From Okamejei kenojei (Eukaryota): a stretch of 64,000 nucleotides of DNA. The position numbers and the translations under genes are program-made. Shown here in pieces: positions 39,129 to 52,575 of this stretch; the first letter of the stretch is position 1; the number at the start of each line of letters is the position of its first letter. The notes below the pieces were generated by a model. That model was not told the DNA's origin. It searched no databases and saw only the letters and a program-made list of their open reading frames with translations. The stretch covers positions 6,014,001 to 6,078,000 of the forward strand of contig CM069142.1 of NCBI GenBank assembly GCA_035221665.1. The letters are read 5' to 3'.

Positions 39129-40069
39129 TCTATCTATAAAGAGGGAAGGTGAAGTGGCCTGGTGTGGGCCAAGCCCCGGGCTTTGGGCACTGGGGTGCGG
39201 ACGCTGACACGGACTGGGCCCTGAGCGCGGCTACGGGCCCCGGGCTGGGGTTCGTGCCGGTGTGGGGTCCGGTGGCTGCCGCTCTGGGCCCGCGGGGCGG
39301 GAGAGGAGCGGGACCCGGAGCAAGACTAGGCCGCAGCCTTGGCCACTCCCTCCCGTGGCTCCAGGCTGCTCAGCCCCCCCCCCACTACAACCCCATCGCC
39401 GACGTGGTGGAGCAAACAGCGGTGGTTTACATCGAAATCCTGGGGAGGTGAGGAGGGAGACTGGGGGGGATTGAGGGAAGAGGAGGAGGTAGGAAAGGAG
39501 TGGGAGGGGAAAGTGACGGAGAGTGGGGATAGATGGAGAGGAGGGAGGGTGGGGGAGGTAGGGAGTGGGGATAGAGGGACAGGAGGGCAGTGGGGGAGGT
39601 GAGGAGGGAGAGTGGAGGGTAGGGAGGGTAGAGCGGTTATGGAGGGAGAGAGGGAGTAACTGAGGGGAGGAGAAAGGAGAGGGAGGGAGGGAGTGGGGAG
39701 GGGGTGGAGAGGGGAAAGAAGAGGGAGGGTGAAGAGGAGGTAGGGGAGGGGAGGTAATGCTGGGGGATGAGGGGGGAATGGAGGATAGGGGTTGGAAGAG
39801 GAATGACGAGGTAATGGAGGAGTGGAGGGGAAGAGAGATCAAGTGAGGGGGCGAGGGGAGGAAGCAGAGGAGGGTTGATGGAGGATGGGGAGAGGGAGGA
39901 TTATGAAGGAGAGGAATAGGGGACTGAAGAGGGAGCATGAGATGCGTACACATCAATGTTATATTTTACTAGTTATTGCCATATTGAACTTTAAAAAGGC
40001 CAGCCGCGCCTGCGCAGTTGGGGGCTATGGGTGAGTGTGGAATATTGCTTTGGGGGAATGGGCCCAACA
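39129..40069 (+). mobile_element. Probable non-autonomous Helitron, 3' end lost in gap
   Basis: A|TC start, GC-rich cargo and purine tract. The end TTGGGGGAATGGGCCCAACA resembles the sub-terminal hairpin region of the Helitrons at 60676 onward. Confidence 0.55.
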
Positions 40070-40311
40070 NNNNNNNNNNNNNNNNNNNNNNNNNNNNNNN
40101 NNNNNNNNNNNNNNNNNNNNNNNNNNNNNNNNNNNNNNNNNNNNNNNNNNNNNNNNNNNNNNNNNNNNNNNNNNNNNNNNNNNNNNNNNNNNNNNNNNNN
40201 NNNNNNNNNNNNNNNNNNNNNNNNNNNNNNNNNNNNNNNNNNNNNNNNNNNNNNNNNNNNNNNNNNNNNNNNNNNNNNNNNNNNNNNNNNNNNNNNNNNN
40301 NNNNNNNNNNN
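40070..40311. other. Assembly gap (242 N)
   Basis: Run of N. Confidence 1.
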
Positions 40312-41425
40312 TCGTGTTAGTGTGTACATGTGGCTGCCTTTACATCTTCGCAAAAACACTACGCGGTAATGATAACATTTTTACATATACCGGTTAACAT
40401 TTTTACATATACCGGTTAACATTTTTACATATACCGGTTAACATTTTTACCATCGAGGCCGGGATCACCTTATCTGAACATTTCATGCGTTAATTCTTGA
40501 CTCATTAATGATTAAAAGCCTTAAAAAGTCAAAAGACTTTGAAATGAAAACCACCAGCTTCAAATTATGACATCACAATCGCTCAGTTAGCAGTGCTGAG
40601 CCTGAATGAACATTTCATCCTATATTTGACACGTTGTTCGCGATTAAAGCTTTAAAAATGCCAACTTTAACAAGATTTTTACATATTCTGATTCACATTT
40701 TTCCCCTCTAGGAAGGGATCACTTTCGCTGAACATTTTATGCTTTAATTCTCGACTTATTACTGATTAAAAAATTTAAATACCTTCAATTTCAACCCACC
40801 CATCATCAACTGATGACATCACAATTACCTTTTTTTTAAATCGTGTATTTTTAAAAAACCTAAATTTTAGTCAAATTCTTCTGTTTTCATTCAAAGCTAA
40901 CATCGTGTTCAGGTTATTTTAAAGAAAAATTGTGATTTTCATTGGGGTGGGGGTGATATAGGAGAGAGTTTTCATTTTTTTTAAAAACATTGCGATTTTC
41001 ATTGGGGGGGTTGGGACGGGGGCAAGTGAGGAGTGGGGGAACAGGTGGATACAGGAAGTGGAAGGCAGTAGGGAGGGGAGAAGGAGGGGAAACTGGGGGA
41101 GGTAGGGAGTGGGGGATCGAGGGAAAGGAGGGCAGTGAGAGAGGTCAGGTGGGAGTGTGGGGGGAGGTGAGGAGTAGGGGAGCAGGGAGATAGACGGAGA
41201 AGAAGAGTTATGGAGGGAGGGAGGAACTGAGGGTAGGGGAAAGGAGAGGGAGGGAGGGAGGGAGGGAGGGGTGAGGGAGGGAGGGAGGGGGGGGTGCGGG
41301 AGGGGGGGTGCGGGAGGGGGGGAGTGGGGGAGGGAGGGAGTGGGGGAGGGGGGAAACAAGAGGGAGGGTGAAGAGGGAGGCTGGGAGATGAGGGGGAATG
41401 GAGGAGGATAGGTGTAAGAAGAGGA
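40312..41425 (+). mobile_element. Helitron-like element 5' and internal region
   Basis: ATCTTCGCAAAAAC..ACATTTTTACATAT resembles the reverse complement of 61690-61770. Purine tract similar to 39450-39940. Confidence 0.5.
40373..40450. repeat. 22-bp tandem repeat x3.5 (TAACATTTTTACATATACCGGT)
   Basis: Identical units at 40373, 40395 and 40417, partial unit at 40439. Confidence 0.95.
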
Positions 41426-41426
41426 C

Positions 41427-41576
41427 TGATGTCTGAAGAAGACAATCAGTCTGAAGGGTTTCGGCCCTAAACGTTGCCTATTTCCTTCGCACCATAGATG
41501 CTGCCTCACCCGCTGAGTTTCTCCAGCATTTTTGCCTACTTTTGATTTTCCAGCATCTGTAGTTCCTTCTTGAACA
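41427..41576 (+). mobile_element. Penelope pLTR-derived insertion
   Basis: CAGTCTGAAGGGTTTCGGCCCTAAACGTTGCC...GTTCCTTCTTGAACA. Confidence 0.85.
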
Positions 41577-41817
41577 GAAAATACTCAATAGTGGAAACTT
41601 TTTTCTGCAATTAAGCATCAAAAACCTCCAAATGTTATCAAGTGCCCCTCTCCTTTCCTTTCACATTCCTCGACTGAATCACACTCCAAGCTCAACCTCT
41701 GAACAAAAAATGTTCCCAAAAATATTTTTGGAAGGTGCGCATTTTGGATAAAAGTTGAAGTCAAGTTCAAGTTACAACAGAGATTTTTGACTCTTTGATT
41801 TATTCTACCATCCGTGT

Positions 41818-42664
41818 GAAGTGAACTTTAACGCATGCACCAATTGGTACAGTGAGATTTGAGTCAACATACAGCCATACAAATAAAAAAATAACACGAT
41901 ACATGATAGAGTTTAACATAAACATCCCCGCACAGCGGAATCAACGTTTCCCACTGTGAGGGAAGGCAATAAAGTTCAGCCATCTTCCTCTTTGTTCACT
42001 CGTGGTCGGACCCTTCGAACCCTCCACAGTCGCCGCTACGGGCGGCCCGATGTTTCATGCCCTCTCGCCGGGATGATTGAAGCACCGGCGTCAGAACGGA
42101 AGAGCACACTCAGTGGCTTGGAGTTTCCGAATCGGCCAATTCCTACCAGAGACCGAGGTTCCCGAAGTCCACAGGCCGAGCTGGGCGGAGATTCAACGCT
42201 GGCGACCCCTGACAAGTGGTCCCAGGACTCGGCGAGGTTAAAGCCAGCTCCGCCTGCGGCTGGAAGCTCCGCAAAGCATAGCTCCATGGTGTTAAAGTCA
42301 GCTGGCCCAACACTCCAGACCTTCACACAGCTATCCCCATTAAGGCATCGCCCGCTCTGCGATGGAATTCAGTGCTGCGCCGCTGCTGAAGCTCTGGCCG
42401 GTCTCCGGCAGGAAAGGCCGCGCCAATCCAGATGGTAGGTCTCGGGGGCGGAGGCAAAGATGTGGCTCGGCGAAAACCCGCATCCTCGACCAGGTAGTGA
42501 CTGAGAAACAGTTTTCCCTCTTCCCCCTTCCCACCCCCCACATAAAAAAGACTAAGAAACCTCCAGAAACATACTTTTAGACAGATTAAAAATAACAAAA
42601 AGGATGAAAGGACGGACAGTCTGCTGGCAAGGCTGCCGCGCACATCGCCACCCGATGCCACACC
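41818..42664 (-). mobile_element. Non-coding retroposon, copy B
   Basis: Reverse complement shares TTGCCTTCC(A/C)TCACAGTG..GATGTTTATGT and the CAGCAG(A/T)CTGTC head with copies A and C. Confidence 0.75.
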
Positions 42665-43979
42665 AATCAATAATGCATTACATTTTCAAGTGAAAATGAA
42701 AAAAATGGTAGTAACAGGAAATCTGAAATCTAAACAGAAATGTTAGACATACCCAGATCAGGCAGCATTAGTGGAAAAGGAAACTATCAGAACCGAAGAA
42801 AAGATAAAACAAGTTGATCTAAGTAGCAGAGAAGGTTGGACGGGAGGGGTGAGGAATGGTTAATGGGAACAAAGGGAATGTGCACACTAGGGTGAAATAA
42901 TGTAGTCATTAAATGGGAGATCAAGCATCTTTATCGGTGAATTATGTTGCTAATGTTGTGAAGCCTGGTCCCAGTGGTATAGTCTGGTCCACTGGGACAT
43001 GTCCAGAAGGCCGGAAAATACAAAAGAGAGAAAAAAGGAAAAGAATACCAGGCAAAAATGGCCAGTCTATGTACAAAGAGAAAGAAGGTGTAAACAATCT
43101 AAAGGTGGAGGACTGAGTCCTGCAGGCTGGAACTTGTGCAGACAAAATAAATGAAGTTGCTTGAACATGCTTTGGGCCTTGTGCAACAGTTCAGGAAGCA
43201 CAATCAGAGAGGGAACAAAATGACAAACTGATGCAGGTACTCAGGACACAACCTCTTAAACCTTTCATTCAAAGCAAGCATCTAATCAATTGCCAGGTAT
43301 CAGTAGAACTTTGAGCATACAACTTCCTGGTCCATAACTACTCTGGATTAGCAGCATTCAGGATGGCATTAATAGCATCAGGTTTAAGCACAGAAGCAAT
43401 TCAAAATTGTGATCAATGCAGAAGGAACAACCACAGAAATCACCCATCAGCTTGTGCGTCATGCATCTCCTGTCAGATCAGTGGTAATGTTGCTCCGTTG
43501 GCCGCTTCAGTCATCTCGAAACACACAGAATCAGAGTGGAAGCCAATAATCCTTGATATCAACGGACTATCCAAGAAGAGTGACACACAGGACAACCTGT
43601 CTGTTGCATAGAAAGATATAATTCTGGTCATAATCCCACCTTGTATTAATAGCAGTCAAACCCATGACATCCTCTCATGGTGCATTCCCATTGCCCAAGT
43701 TTGTATGCTAGGTGTTCTCTTTTAAAAGCTTGATTAATAAGTATTAAGGGTCTGAAGAATATTTCTCCAGAAATATTGCCTGACCAGCTGGGCTTCTCCA
43801 GCACTTTCTGTCTTTTTTTGTAAACCAGCATCTGCAGTTCAGAGTGAATGGTATGGCCCTGGTGCGTGTAGAACAGAAGGATCTAGGAATACAAGTAGAT
43901 ATTTCCTTGCTAATGGTGGTGAAGAAGGCTTTTGGTAGACTTGATCAGTCAGAGAAATGAGTAAAGAAATTGAGATGTT

Positions 43980-44360
43980 ATAGTACAGTTGTACAATATG
44001 TTGTTGAGGCAGCACTAGGAGTATTATGGTCACCCTGCTTTAGGAAAGATGCCATTAAGCTGTAAAGTGCAGTGAAGTACATCACTATCATATCACTTTT
44101 CAACAACAAATCAACTCCCAGATATGCCAGGACTCGAGGGCCTAAACCATGGGGAAAGGTTGGGTCGGCTAAGACTTTATCCCTTCGAGCACAGGAGGCA
44201 GAGTGTGATCTTGGAGCTGTATAAAATATGAGGATAGAGTAATGCACAGAGTCTTTCTTCTGCAGACTAGGGGAAATCAAGATCTTAATGGCATAGGTTT
44301 CAGCTAAGAAGAGAAATATATAAAAGGAACCCAAGGGGCAACTTTTTGCATAAAAAGGAA
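43980..44360 (+). mobile_element. CR1 3' fragment
   Basis: Similar to 29190-29540 (TGGTCACCCTGC..AGGAAAGATGCCATTAAG). Confidence 0.7.
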
Positions 44361-46689
44361 CGAGCTTTGTGGACAAGTTGGGACAATGGGCCATTTTTGG
44401 TGCTTTATGACTCCATGATACATTGATTACCCAACTGATCAAGAAGTAAAACCTGAATTCAAGAAGTCTGGTACTTTAGCAACACTTCCAATTAAAACAG
44501 ATTCAGTGAATCAGTGCACACTGGAGAATACAACAGCCATTTTTTATTGGTCCAAAGTCAACTTAAAACTTGGTGACATATTTTAATCATTAAGACATTT
44601 TTACAGTCTAAATACAGAATAAAATGATGCAACATTTTGTTTTTTCTCTGTTTCCATTTGTAATTATTTTTGACAAAGTTAAACTGGCATGATTGGCAAA
44701 AGAGAAACACATTGCACTTTCAAAATAACGATTTAATCATTCATCCTAGGCATTTTTCACTTTTCAAATATTCTACTTGCCTTGCTTATCAAATGAAATG
44801 ACAACTCAGAAGGAATTTCATATCAATATAGCTCAGGAGGAGGAATCGAAGTTCCACGCCCCCTCCTTCTAAAGTAGCCCCGCAATCACAATTCCTCTCC
44901 TTTCCCAATTAAATGAAGATTATTTTCCCTCAATTACATTCTGATTGCCCTAACTGATCTTTTTTCCCCATGAACTTTACTCCCTCGTTCAAGGTACATT
45001 CTGCATGACAATGTTTTCCTTCTAACCCCCCTTCCCCACACTAATTATCCACTAATGGGAATAGTTTATCGCTATTTGCCCAATTTAAATCTATCTTGAC
45101 CTTGAACACCACTACCATATCACCTCTTAACAACATTCAATCTATTCCCAGATTCTCCAAAAACCCTTTACACAAAATCTTTCATTCCCAGAATCATTTG
45201 AATAAATCTTTTTTTACACCTTCTCCTGGACCTTCATATCCGTCCTAGAGAATACTCCAGTTGTGGCCTAACCTGTGTTTTATACAAGTTCCACATAAAC
45301 TCCCTACTCTTGCATACTCGTTTATGGATCCCCAAATCCCATGTGATTTATTAATCACTCTTTTAAGTCTTGGAACATTCCTCTACTCCTGTACATCCAT
45401 GCAAACTGTGCTGTTTAATCCATGCGATAAAGTTCATAATGAACACATTTGTACCATGACCTTTTGCTTTCCATCTCTAAGCTAACTGCTTATCCATGCA
45501 ACCACTGACCAATTTATCTGATACCCAAAATGTTTTTATTTTTATTTTTTAAACCAGCTGTCAAGTGCCTTCCAAGAAACAGAAGAAATGCTCTTTCATT
45601 ACCTTAAACAAAAACATTCAAATCTGGCAAGTCAAACAGAATTTGCTGTCATTTAATCCAGTGCATTATTGATGATCTGTCAGCGTGGAGTTTACATGCT
45701 CTCCTTGTGAACTCGCAGGTTTTGCCCAGATACTGCAGATTCCTCCCACATCTTCAAGATGTTAATTGGTCATTAGAATTTGTCTCTGAAGTGTAGGTAA
45801 GTTGTAGGCTCTGAGATAGTCGTTGAGAATGTGGGGTGAACAACATGGGATGAGTGTAAATTGGTGCTTGGTGGTTAATGTGGACTCAGTGGGCCACGAG
45901 ACTGTTGATTTTCCCTCCCCGCTCAAATCTGTGCTGGCTCTTCATTATAAACTCCTTCTCCGTGCCCATTAATATTCTTGTGATGATCCTCCACAAAAGC
46001 TCCCCCACCAAGGTTAAACTGACCACACTTATGGTGCGTTGGCATGTACTTTCACCACTTTGAATACAGTTATTACATTTCCCATTATCTAGCCATCAGG
46101 TTATCTATGCTATCCGAGAAAAATTGAAAGATTACGGCAAACCCTTCAACAAATACTCCCCACACCACACACCACCAAAACGAGTGAACTATTTACGTCA
46201 AGCATCGTCACCCTTTCCAATTCTCTTTCTTAGCAATTTTCACACCATCCGTTATCTACTACCTCCATTTCTACCGAGATTTGGCAGCATTCCTTTTTTT
46301 AGTTAAAAACTAATTTGCATCCACTGGCAAATGCAAAGGTCAAGCTAATTGAACTGCACATGGTGCAACATTATCAATATACTGCTCCACTGAAGTGCTC
46401 ACTGAGGTCAACACGAAAATCATTCAGATGCATTCTATCTCATATTCAGCTGGGATGTGGAAAGCAGTCACTCTTCGTTTTTGAGAATATATCACAAGAA
46501 AACCTGCTAAAAAAGTGTTTGTAGTTGGGAATAAGTAAATGTCAAAGAACTAATGCAATTTTTCATCTGCAAAATTTTAATGATCATGTGAAAATGAATT
46601 CTCCATTTGAAAAACAGTGAGAAAAATCAGTGGGTACAATATTAGTAAAAATCCATGATTCAGGTTGGAATTTTGTAGCTTGATATTTT

Positions 46690-46912
46690 AAACACGTGCA
46701 GAGCAAGTTTTTGATGGTGGGGGGCTGGAATGCATTGCCAGGGATGGTGGAGGCAGATACGATAGCACCGTTTAAAAGGCTTTTAGATAGGCACATGGAA
46801 GAGCAAGAAATAGAGGAATGTGAATCATGTACAGGCAGAGGGATTCAGTTTAACTTGGCAGCATGTTCAGCTAAACCATCGTGGGCCGAAGAGCTCATTC
46901 CTGTGCTGTACC
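46690..46912 (+). mobile_element. CR1 3' end
   Basis: WNALPGMVEADTIAPFKRLLDRHM followed by the tail GGGCCGAAGAG..TTCCTGTGCTGTA. Confidence 0.8.
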
Positions 46913-48120
46913 AAGGGTTTTGCAGGTAAACAAAAGCATTGCAGCAAGGCCCTAGCAACATCACAATTTAACAGAAATAGTAAATTCTGCAACATTAGGC
47001 ATCTACTAACTACTTTTTTTAGCCTGGGCCATCAATGTTCAGTCACAGGTTGTTCACCATTTCTCCCAAACACCAGGTCCAGAGAGATAGGGGAAAAAGA
47101 ACAAGCACGGCAGATTGCTAGTGGAGGCTTCAGAAAGGGACAGTCAGCAAAACGTTGAGACCTGTTTCTGACTCCAGTTACCTATTGGGGCCATGTCTCC
47201 CCGAGCCTTAATATGAAGTGGAACAAAGCAATTCTCTTGCCTCACCAACTCTCCAGGCCATAAGTGTCAAATGCCTTGCTGAAGAATTATTAGCTAACTC
47301 GAATTACAAACCACACCAATACTAGCAGGTTAAAAAAGTGTTTTTTGGAAATACAAAAATCTTGTATAGTTTAAGCTCTATTCCTGACTGACTTTTGCAA
47401 CTTGGTGCTATTAATAACATCAATATTATTTCTCCACAACTTATAGGTCAATAATCTGACAGAATGCTGGTTCAGTGATATAACGATAAGCATTGGTCAA
47501 ATTTTACTGAACAGAATCAAGATATAAGTGTTCAGGCCAATGGCTGTTGTAATAAGCATTTTGTATTCCAATATTACTGAAATATTACCAACAAACTACA
47601 CTTTGAGAACTGGCTGTTCAGGATGTAGTATTTATTAAACTTCTGGTCATTTGCTTAAACTAACTTAGACATATATAAACTTTGCAAAACAGTTTCAAAT
47701 CTCCTTAATCTCCTGCAATACTTCAGCTTTTCAGGTTGGCATTTAGGGGCCACATGGTGCCATTTTTACACCATTCCACTCTGCGGTATTAAAGTTCCCA
47801 TTGTACCTCCCCAATTGAGAGTGTGCAGACTATTAAACTTGGTCCTCCACATCATGTCAGATAAGGACAGCCAGTTGAGGAACATGCCACCATCACATTC
47901 TTAGAGCCATGCCCTACAATTCAACGCATAGACCTCATTTTGTTCAACCCCACTCATGTTCTTACTGAACATTAACATCTACAGATGATTTTGATGTTTC
48001 CTTGGACAAACATTTCCTTGGAAAAGTTTTTTCTGCTCTCCGCCTATGACTTTCATCCTAATTATCCACCCAACATCCGATATCCTTTTTTGTCTAAAAG
48101 ATATTCCCTATGCCAACTAA

Positions 48121-48553
48121 TGAGTACTGGATTGGTTTGTTTTCATTTTCCTCTTATGGGAATTTTCCCTAAATTATATCCAAAATGTTCTTCTTTAAAA
48201 ATTCATCCATTGCTTGGTTAGTTTAATCTGCCATCCTTCACTATTTAACATAGACAGGAACTCCTCTCCTCTCCATCTACTTGAGATTTCTCCATAGCTA
48301 ATCTTAATTCCTACCCCACCAAGTATTCTCCCATTTGAGTACTGGATTGGTTTGTTTTCATTTTCCTCTTATGGGAATTTTCCCTAAATTATATCCAAAA
48401 TGTTCTTCTTTAAAAATTCATCCATTGCTTGGTTAGTTTAATCTGCCACCCTTCACTATTTAACATAGACAGGAACTCCTCTCCTCTCCATCTACTTGAG
48501 ATTTCTCCATAGCTAATCTTAATTCCTACCCCACCAAGTATTCTCCCATTTGA
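48121..48553. repeat. Near-perfect 215-bp tandem duplication
   Basis: 48121-48335 matches 48336-48550 except CCATCC/CCACCC; TGA microhomology at the junction. Confidence 0.95.
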
Positions 48554-48774
48554 TCGACCTCATTCCACAGAAACAGATCCAGCAATATTAGTTTCCACAC
48601 TGGTCTAAAACAAACATTCACTACTGCAGCATGTTCTCCAGGATATATTTCAGAAATTACACTCACAACCTTCCCACCGACTTATTTCAGCTTTACTAAT
48701 ATCCATCTCTGGAAATGTGCAATTATAGACAAAACCACAACTCTACCACAGAGTAACATTAAATCCACAACAAG

Positions 48775-49820
48775 GCAATAAAGGATGCAATCTCACTGGC
48801 TCTCCACTCTGTAATGGACCACTTGGACAATGAAAACATAATCAAATAGTCGGCATTTAAGACCATTCCCCTGTTGATACCTCTCAGAACTGGGTCTCTG
48901 CACATCTCTCTGCAATTGGATCAGACTGCAACTGCAACAGACCACAATCTGTATGAATTGGCAGCAACTCCTTAGTAACCATCAGCACAGAATAACCTCA
49001 GAGCTGTGTGCTCAGCCCCCCTGCTCTTCTCACTCTATACTTACAACTGTGTAACCGGACACAGTTCCAACTCCATCTTCAAGTTTGTCGATAACACCAC
49101 TGTTGTTGGACGAAGTACAGATGACGATGAGTCTGAGTATAGGAAAGAGATCAATCGATTGATCAAATAGTGCCAGAACAACAACCTTCCTCTCAACATC
49201 AGCAAGACCAAGAGACTGATTGTGGACTTTGGAAGAAGAAGGATGAGGATCTGCAAACCCGTCTACATCAATGGGATGGTGGTGGAGAGTCAAAAGCTTC
49301 AAATTCCTGGGCGTGGAAATCTGTGACGATTCGTCCTGGACTCAGCACATTGATACAATCATAAAAAAAGTCAACCAACACCTCTACTTCCTGAGAGGAT
49401 TGAGGATTGGTGTGTCAATGAATACTCTCTTGAATGTCTACAGGTCTACAGTAGAGAGCATATTGACTGGCTGCATCATGGCCTGGTTCAGCCACTCAAA
49501 CGACCAAGAAAGAAGACTGAAAACTAACATCCAGGTTCAGGAGCAGCTTCTTCCCTACAACCACCAGGCTGTTAAAACACTGCAAGCTCCAAATAGGCTC
49601 TGAACTATATAGACTTGGGGGCATTATTTTTGAATGTTTACTATTATTGGTTATTTATCTGTTTGTTTTTATACATATATACTGAACATTTTTTTGTTTG
49701 TTTGTTTGTTGTTTATGTGTTTTTCAGAGTACTATGCTGACATATCTGTTGTGCTGCTGCAAATAAAAATTTCATTGATCCGTTTTGGGGCGTATGACAA
49801 TAAAACACTCTTGACTTTGC
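48775..49820 (+). mobile_element. Rex1 LINE, truncated and internally deleted
   Basis: Homologous to 10410-11640 (CVLSP, KFVDNTT, VKSFKFLGV, HLYFLRGL). Confidence 0.88.
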
Positions 49821-50827
49821 AATAACTGGTTTCATTTTTCTGAAATACTGCATCAAAAGGAATCATATTCTTTAAGATTTTACTATCCATTATAGACATC
49901 GCAACATGCATAAAGCATCAAAGATTTCACAGAACCATATACACTGTAATATAAAAGTATACTTCACCAGAATTAGCACCAAAACCTTCAAAGTTAAACG
50001 ACAGGAACAAACATTATTTTTATCTTGATAAATCAAAACACTATCTCTGGAAAGCTAAAGTTAAAATACAAAATGTTATAATCAGTTCAGGCAATATCAG
50101 TGGAAAGAGACCTGCTGTGCATTTGCAACATTTCTGTTTTTTATCTCATCGAGAGTATGAAACCGAGTAGTAATGTAATTGTGTTCAGAACATCAAAGGC
50201 ATTTTATAGGATAAGCACAAAGAATCCATTTTTTACTGATATCAGAATAGAAAGATAGGGAATCAAAAGCTTTGGGGCAAATGAACAGTGGAGCAAGAAG
50301 AATGTCCAAAGCCTGTTCCTAATGTTCCTAGCTGACTAAATCGAAAGGTTACACTGCAATCACACCTACCCACTACCAATGGTATTGCACAGTCAAAAGC
50401 ACTTAAGGCGTACGTTCAGACTAAAGAAAGTGTCAAACAAGTACTTTATGAGTAACATACAAGGACAGTTTTGATTAAGTTACATCTACATAGAAAAATA
50501 CCCCATGTACAAGGAAAATTAATGGTAAGCCAAGGATAAAGAGATTTGGTGGTATGAACAAAAAACTGGCTTAATTAGAGAATCAATCAAGGCAAAAACA
50601 ATTGAAGGCACAAGCATCAACTGTGCAGTGCAGGTACATGATACATTGCAATTAAGACTAACTCGATGCAGACCTTTCTGTTAATTTTTTTTGAACCACT
50701 GACATTTCAGGTATTACAAAAAGAATTTCATGGAGCATTGAATATCAGAGGTAACCTGATATTCAGATTGATACCCCATTGGACTAGGGACCAGCACAGG
50801 TGTTTAAGCAGAGTTGGAGTGAATGAG

Positions 50828-51039
50828 GGTACACAAAAGGCTGGAGAAACTCAGCGGGTGCAGCAGCATCTAAGGAGCGAAGGAGAAAGGCGACGTTTTG
50901 GGTCAAGACCCTGAAGAAGGGTCTCGACCCGAAACGTCGCCTATCTCCTTCGCTCCTTAGATGCTGCTGCACCCGCTGAGTTTCTCCAGCCTTTTGTGTA
51001 CCCTCGATTCTCCAGCATCTGCAGTTCCTTCTTTAACAC
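50828..51039 (+). mobile_element. Palindromic (5'-inverted) Penelope pLTR insertion with intact hammerhead core
   Basis: CTGAAGAAGGGTCTCGACCCGAAACGTC at 50911-50938 between near-perfect inverted arms. Flanking direct repeat TTGGAGTGAATGAG (50814-50827, 51040-51053). Confidence 0.9.
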
Positions 51040-51319
51040 TTGGAGTGAATGAGACTTGCTACAATTTGGGAAAAAAGGCAGTTTTAGGTTTCTGTTGTCA
51101 GAGTCAAAGAGGCAAGTTATTTGCACCACCGTGGCTTTACACACACATACACACACACAAACTCCATTTGTCTGTATGAATTCCACATCCTTCTGCTAGC
51201 CTGCAATGCTAATCTTGAGAATTCATGTTACCGCAGAAAAATAGTTAAAGCAGGCCCAATCTTATGCAAAGAAAGCACATGTTCGTTTTTTTTCCCCCAA
51301 TTGTATTATTACCAATTTT

Positions 51320-51935
51320 AGCTTGGTTTGTTTATTATTGGTACAGGAAAAAGCTTTTGGTTATGTGCTATCCAGTCAAAGACTATACATGATTACAATC
51401 AAGCCGTCCACAGATAAAGGAAGAAGAATATGTTTAGTGGAAGATTAAGTCTGATTAAAGATAGTTCAAAGGTTTCCAATGAGGTAGATGGGAGGTCAAG
51501 ACCACACTACAGCTGATGAGAGGACAGTTCAGTTGCCTGATAACAGTTGAGAAGAAACTGTCCCTAAATCTGGAGGTATGTGTTTTCAAACTTCTGAACC
51601 TGTTGCCTGACTGGAGAGGAGGTGAAGAAAAGAGTGTGACTGTGGCGACACTGGTCCTTGATTTTGCTGGTTGCCTTGCCGAGGAGCATGAAGTATAGCA
51701 TGAAGTGTAGATTGAGTCAATGGGAGGATGGCTGGTTTGCATGATGGACTGGACGGCGTCCACAACTCTCCACAATTTCTTGTGGTCTTGGACGGAGTTG
51801 TTCCCAAACCAGGTTGTGATGTATCCCAATAAAATGCTTTCTGTGGCGCATCGTTAGAGGTTGGTGAGGCTTGTTTCGGGGCTTGCCGAACATTCTAACC
51901 CTTCTAAAGAAGTAGTGGCGTTGGTGTTCTTTCTT
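51320..51935 (-). mobile_element. Rex1 3' part
   Basis: ITTWFGN..KKLWRVVDAVQSI..SGNRFRSLKTHTSRFRDSFF. Confidence 0.85.
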
Positions 51936-52309
51936 GGTCATAGTTTTGACAAGACAAGCAATATCGTTCATTTTGGACACATATGGATATTTGGACATGT
52001 GTGTATTTACTTTGATAAAAGTGTTTCCATTTATACGGACAAATTATGAATTGACCAGAATAAATGAGCTAACTGGACTCAATGCTTGGATCAATTAACA
52101 ACAGTGAGCAATACACATTGGAAAAAAATTCAATACATTAACTGGAATGTTTCATTGCTAACTTTTTTTTTGAGTGGGTCGGAAGACAAGTACATTTTGC
52201 TTACAATTCTCTTACGATTTTGTATCCTGCATTTCAAAACAATCAAACAAGTGCCATTAAATGTGCAATTGAGTGAACAATAAAGTGTTAACTGGCACAC
52301 AAATTAATT

Positions 52310-52575
52310 GATTGAATGGTATCGCATGGAAACAAACCCTTCAGCACACTGAATCTATGCCGACCATCGATCACCTGCTCACGCTACATCTATGTTATCC
52401 TACTGCACACCCACTCACTCCCTACACACCAAGGGCAATTTACAGAGGCCAATTCACCTAGAAACCCATGTGATCACAGGGAGAACATTCAAACTCCACA
52501 CAGGCAGTACCCAATGTCAGGATTGCATCCAGGTCTCTGGTGTAGAGACAGCACCTCTACTACCTACACCGCTGT
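52310..52575 (-). mobile_element. Degenerate HE1-like V-SINE
   Basis: GGGCAATTTACAGAGGCCAATT..CACAGGGAGAACATTCAAACTCCACACAG, the reverse of the V-SINE core. Confidence 0.7.

Noticed and set aside
40373-40450. Short regular repeat as a CRISPR-like array
   Set aside because: Units are directly adjacent with no spacers, there are no cas genes, and the context is eukaryotic. It is a minisatellite.
39231-41509. Long Pro/Ser- or Gly/Glu-rich ORFs (also 60666-62401 and 63122-63545)
   Set aside because: Translations of low-complexity purine tracts or N runs, with no domain features or splice support.
43320-43611. Possible old DIRS recombinase N-terminal remnant (LIASGLSTEAI)
   Set aside because: Similarity is limited to a few residues and cannot be supported without a search.
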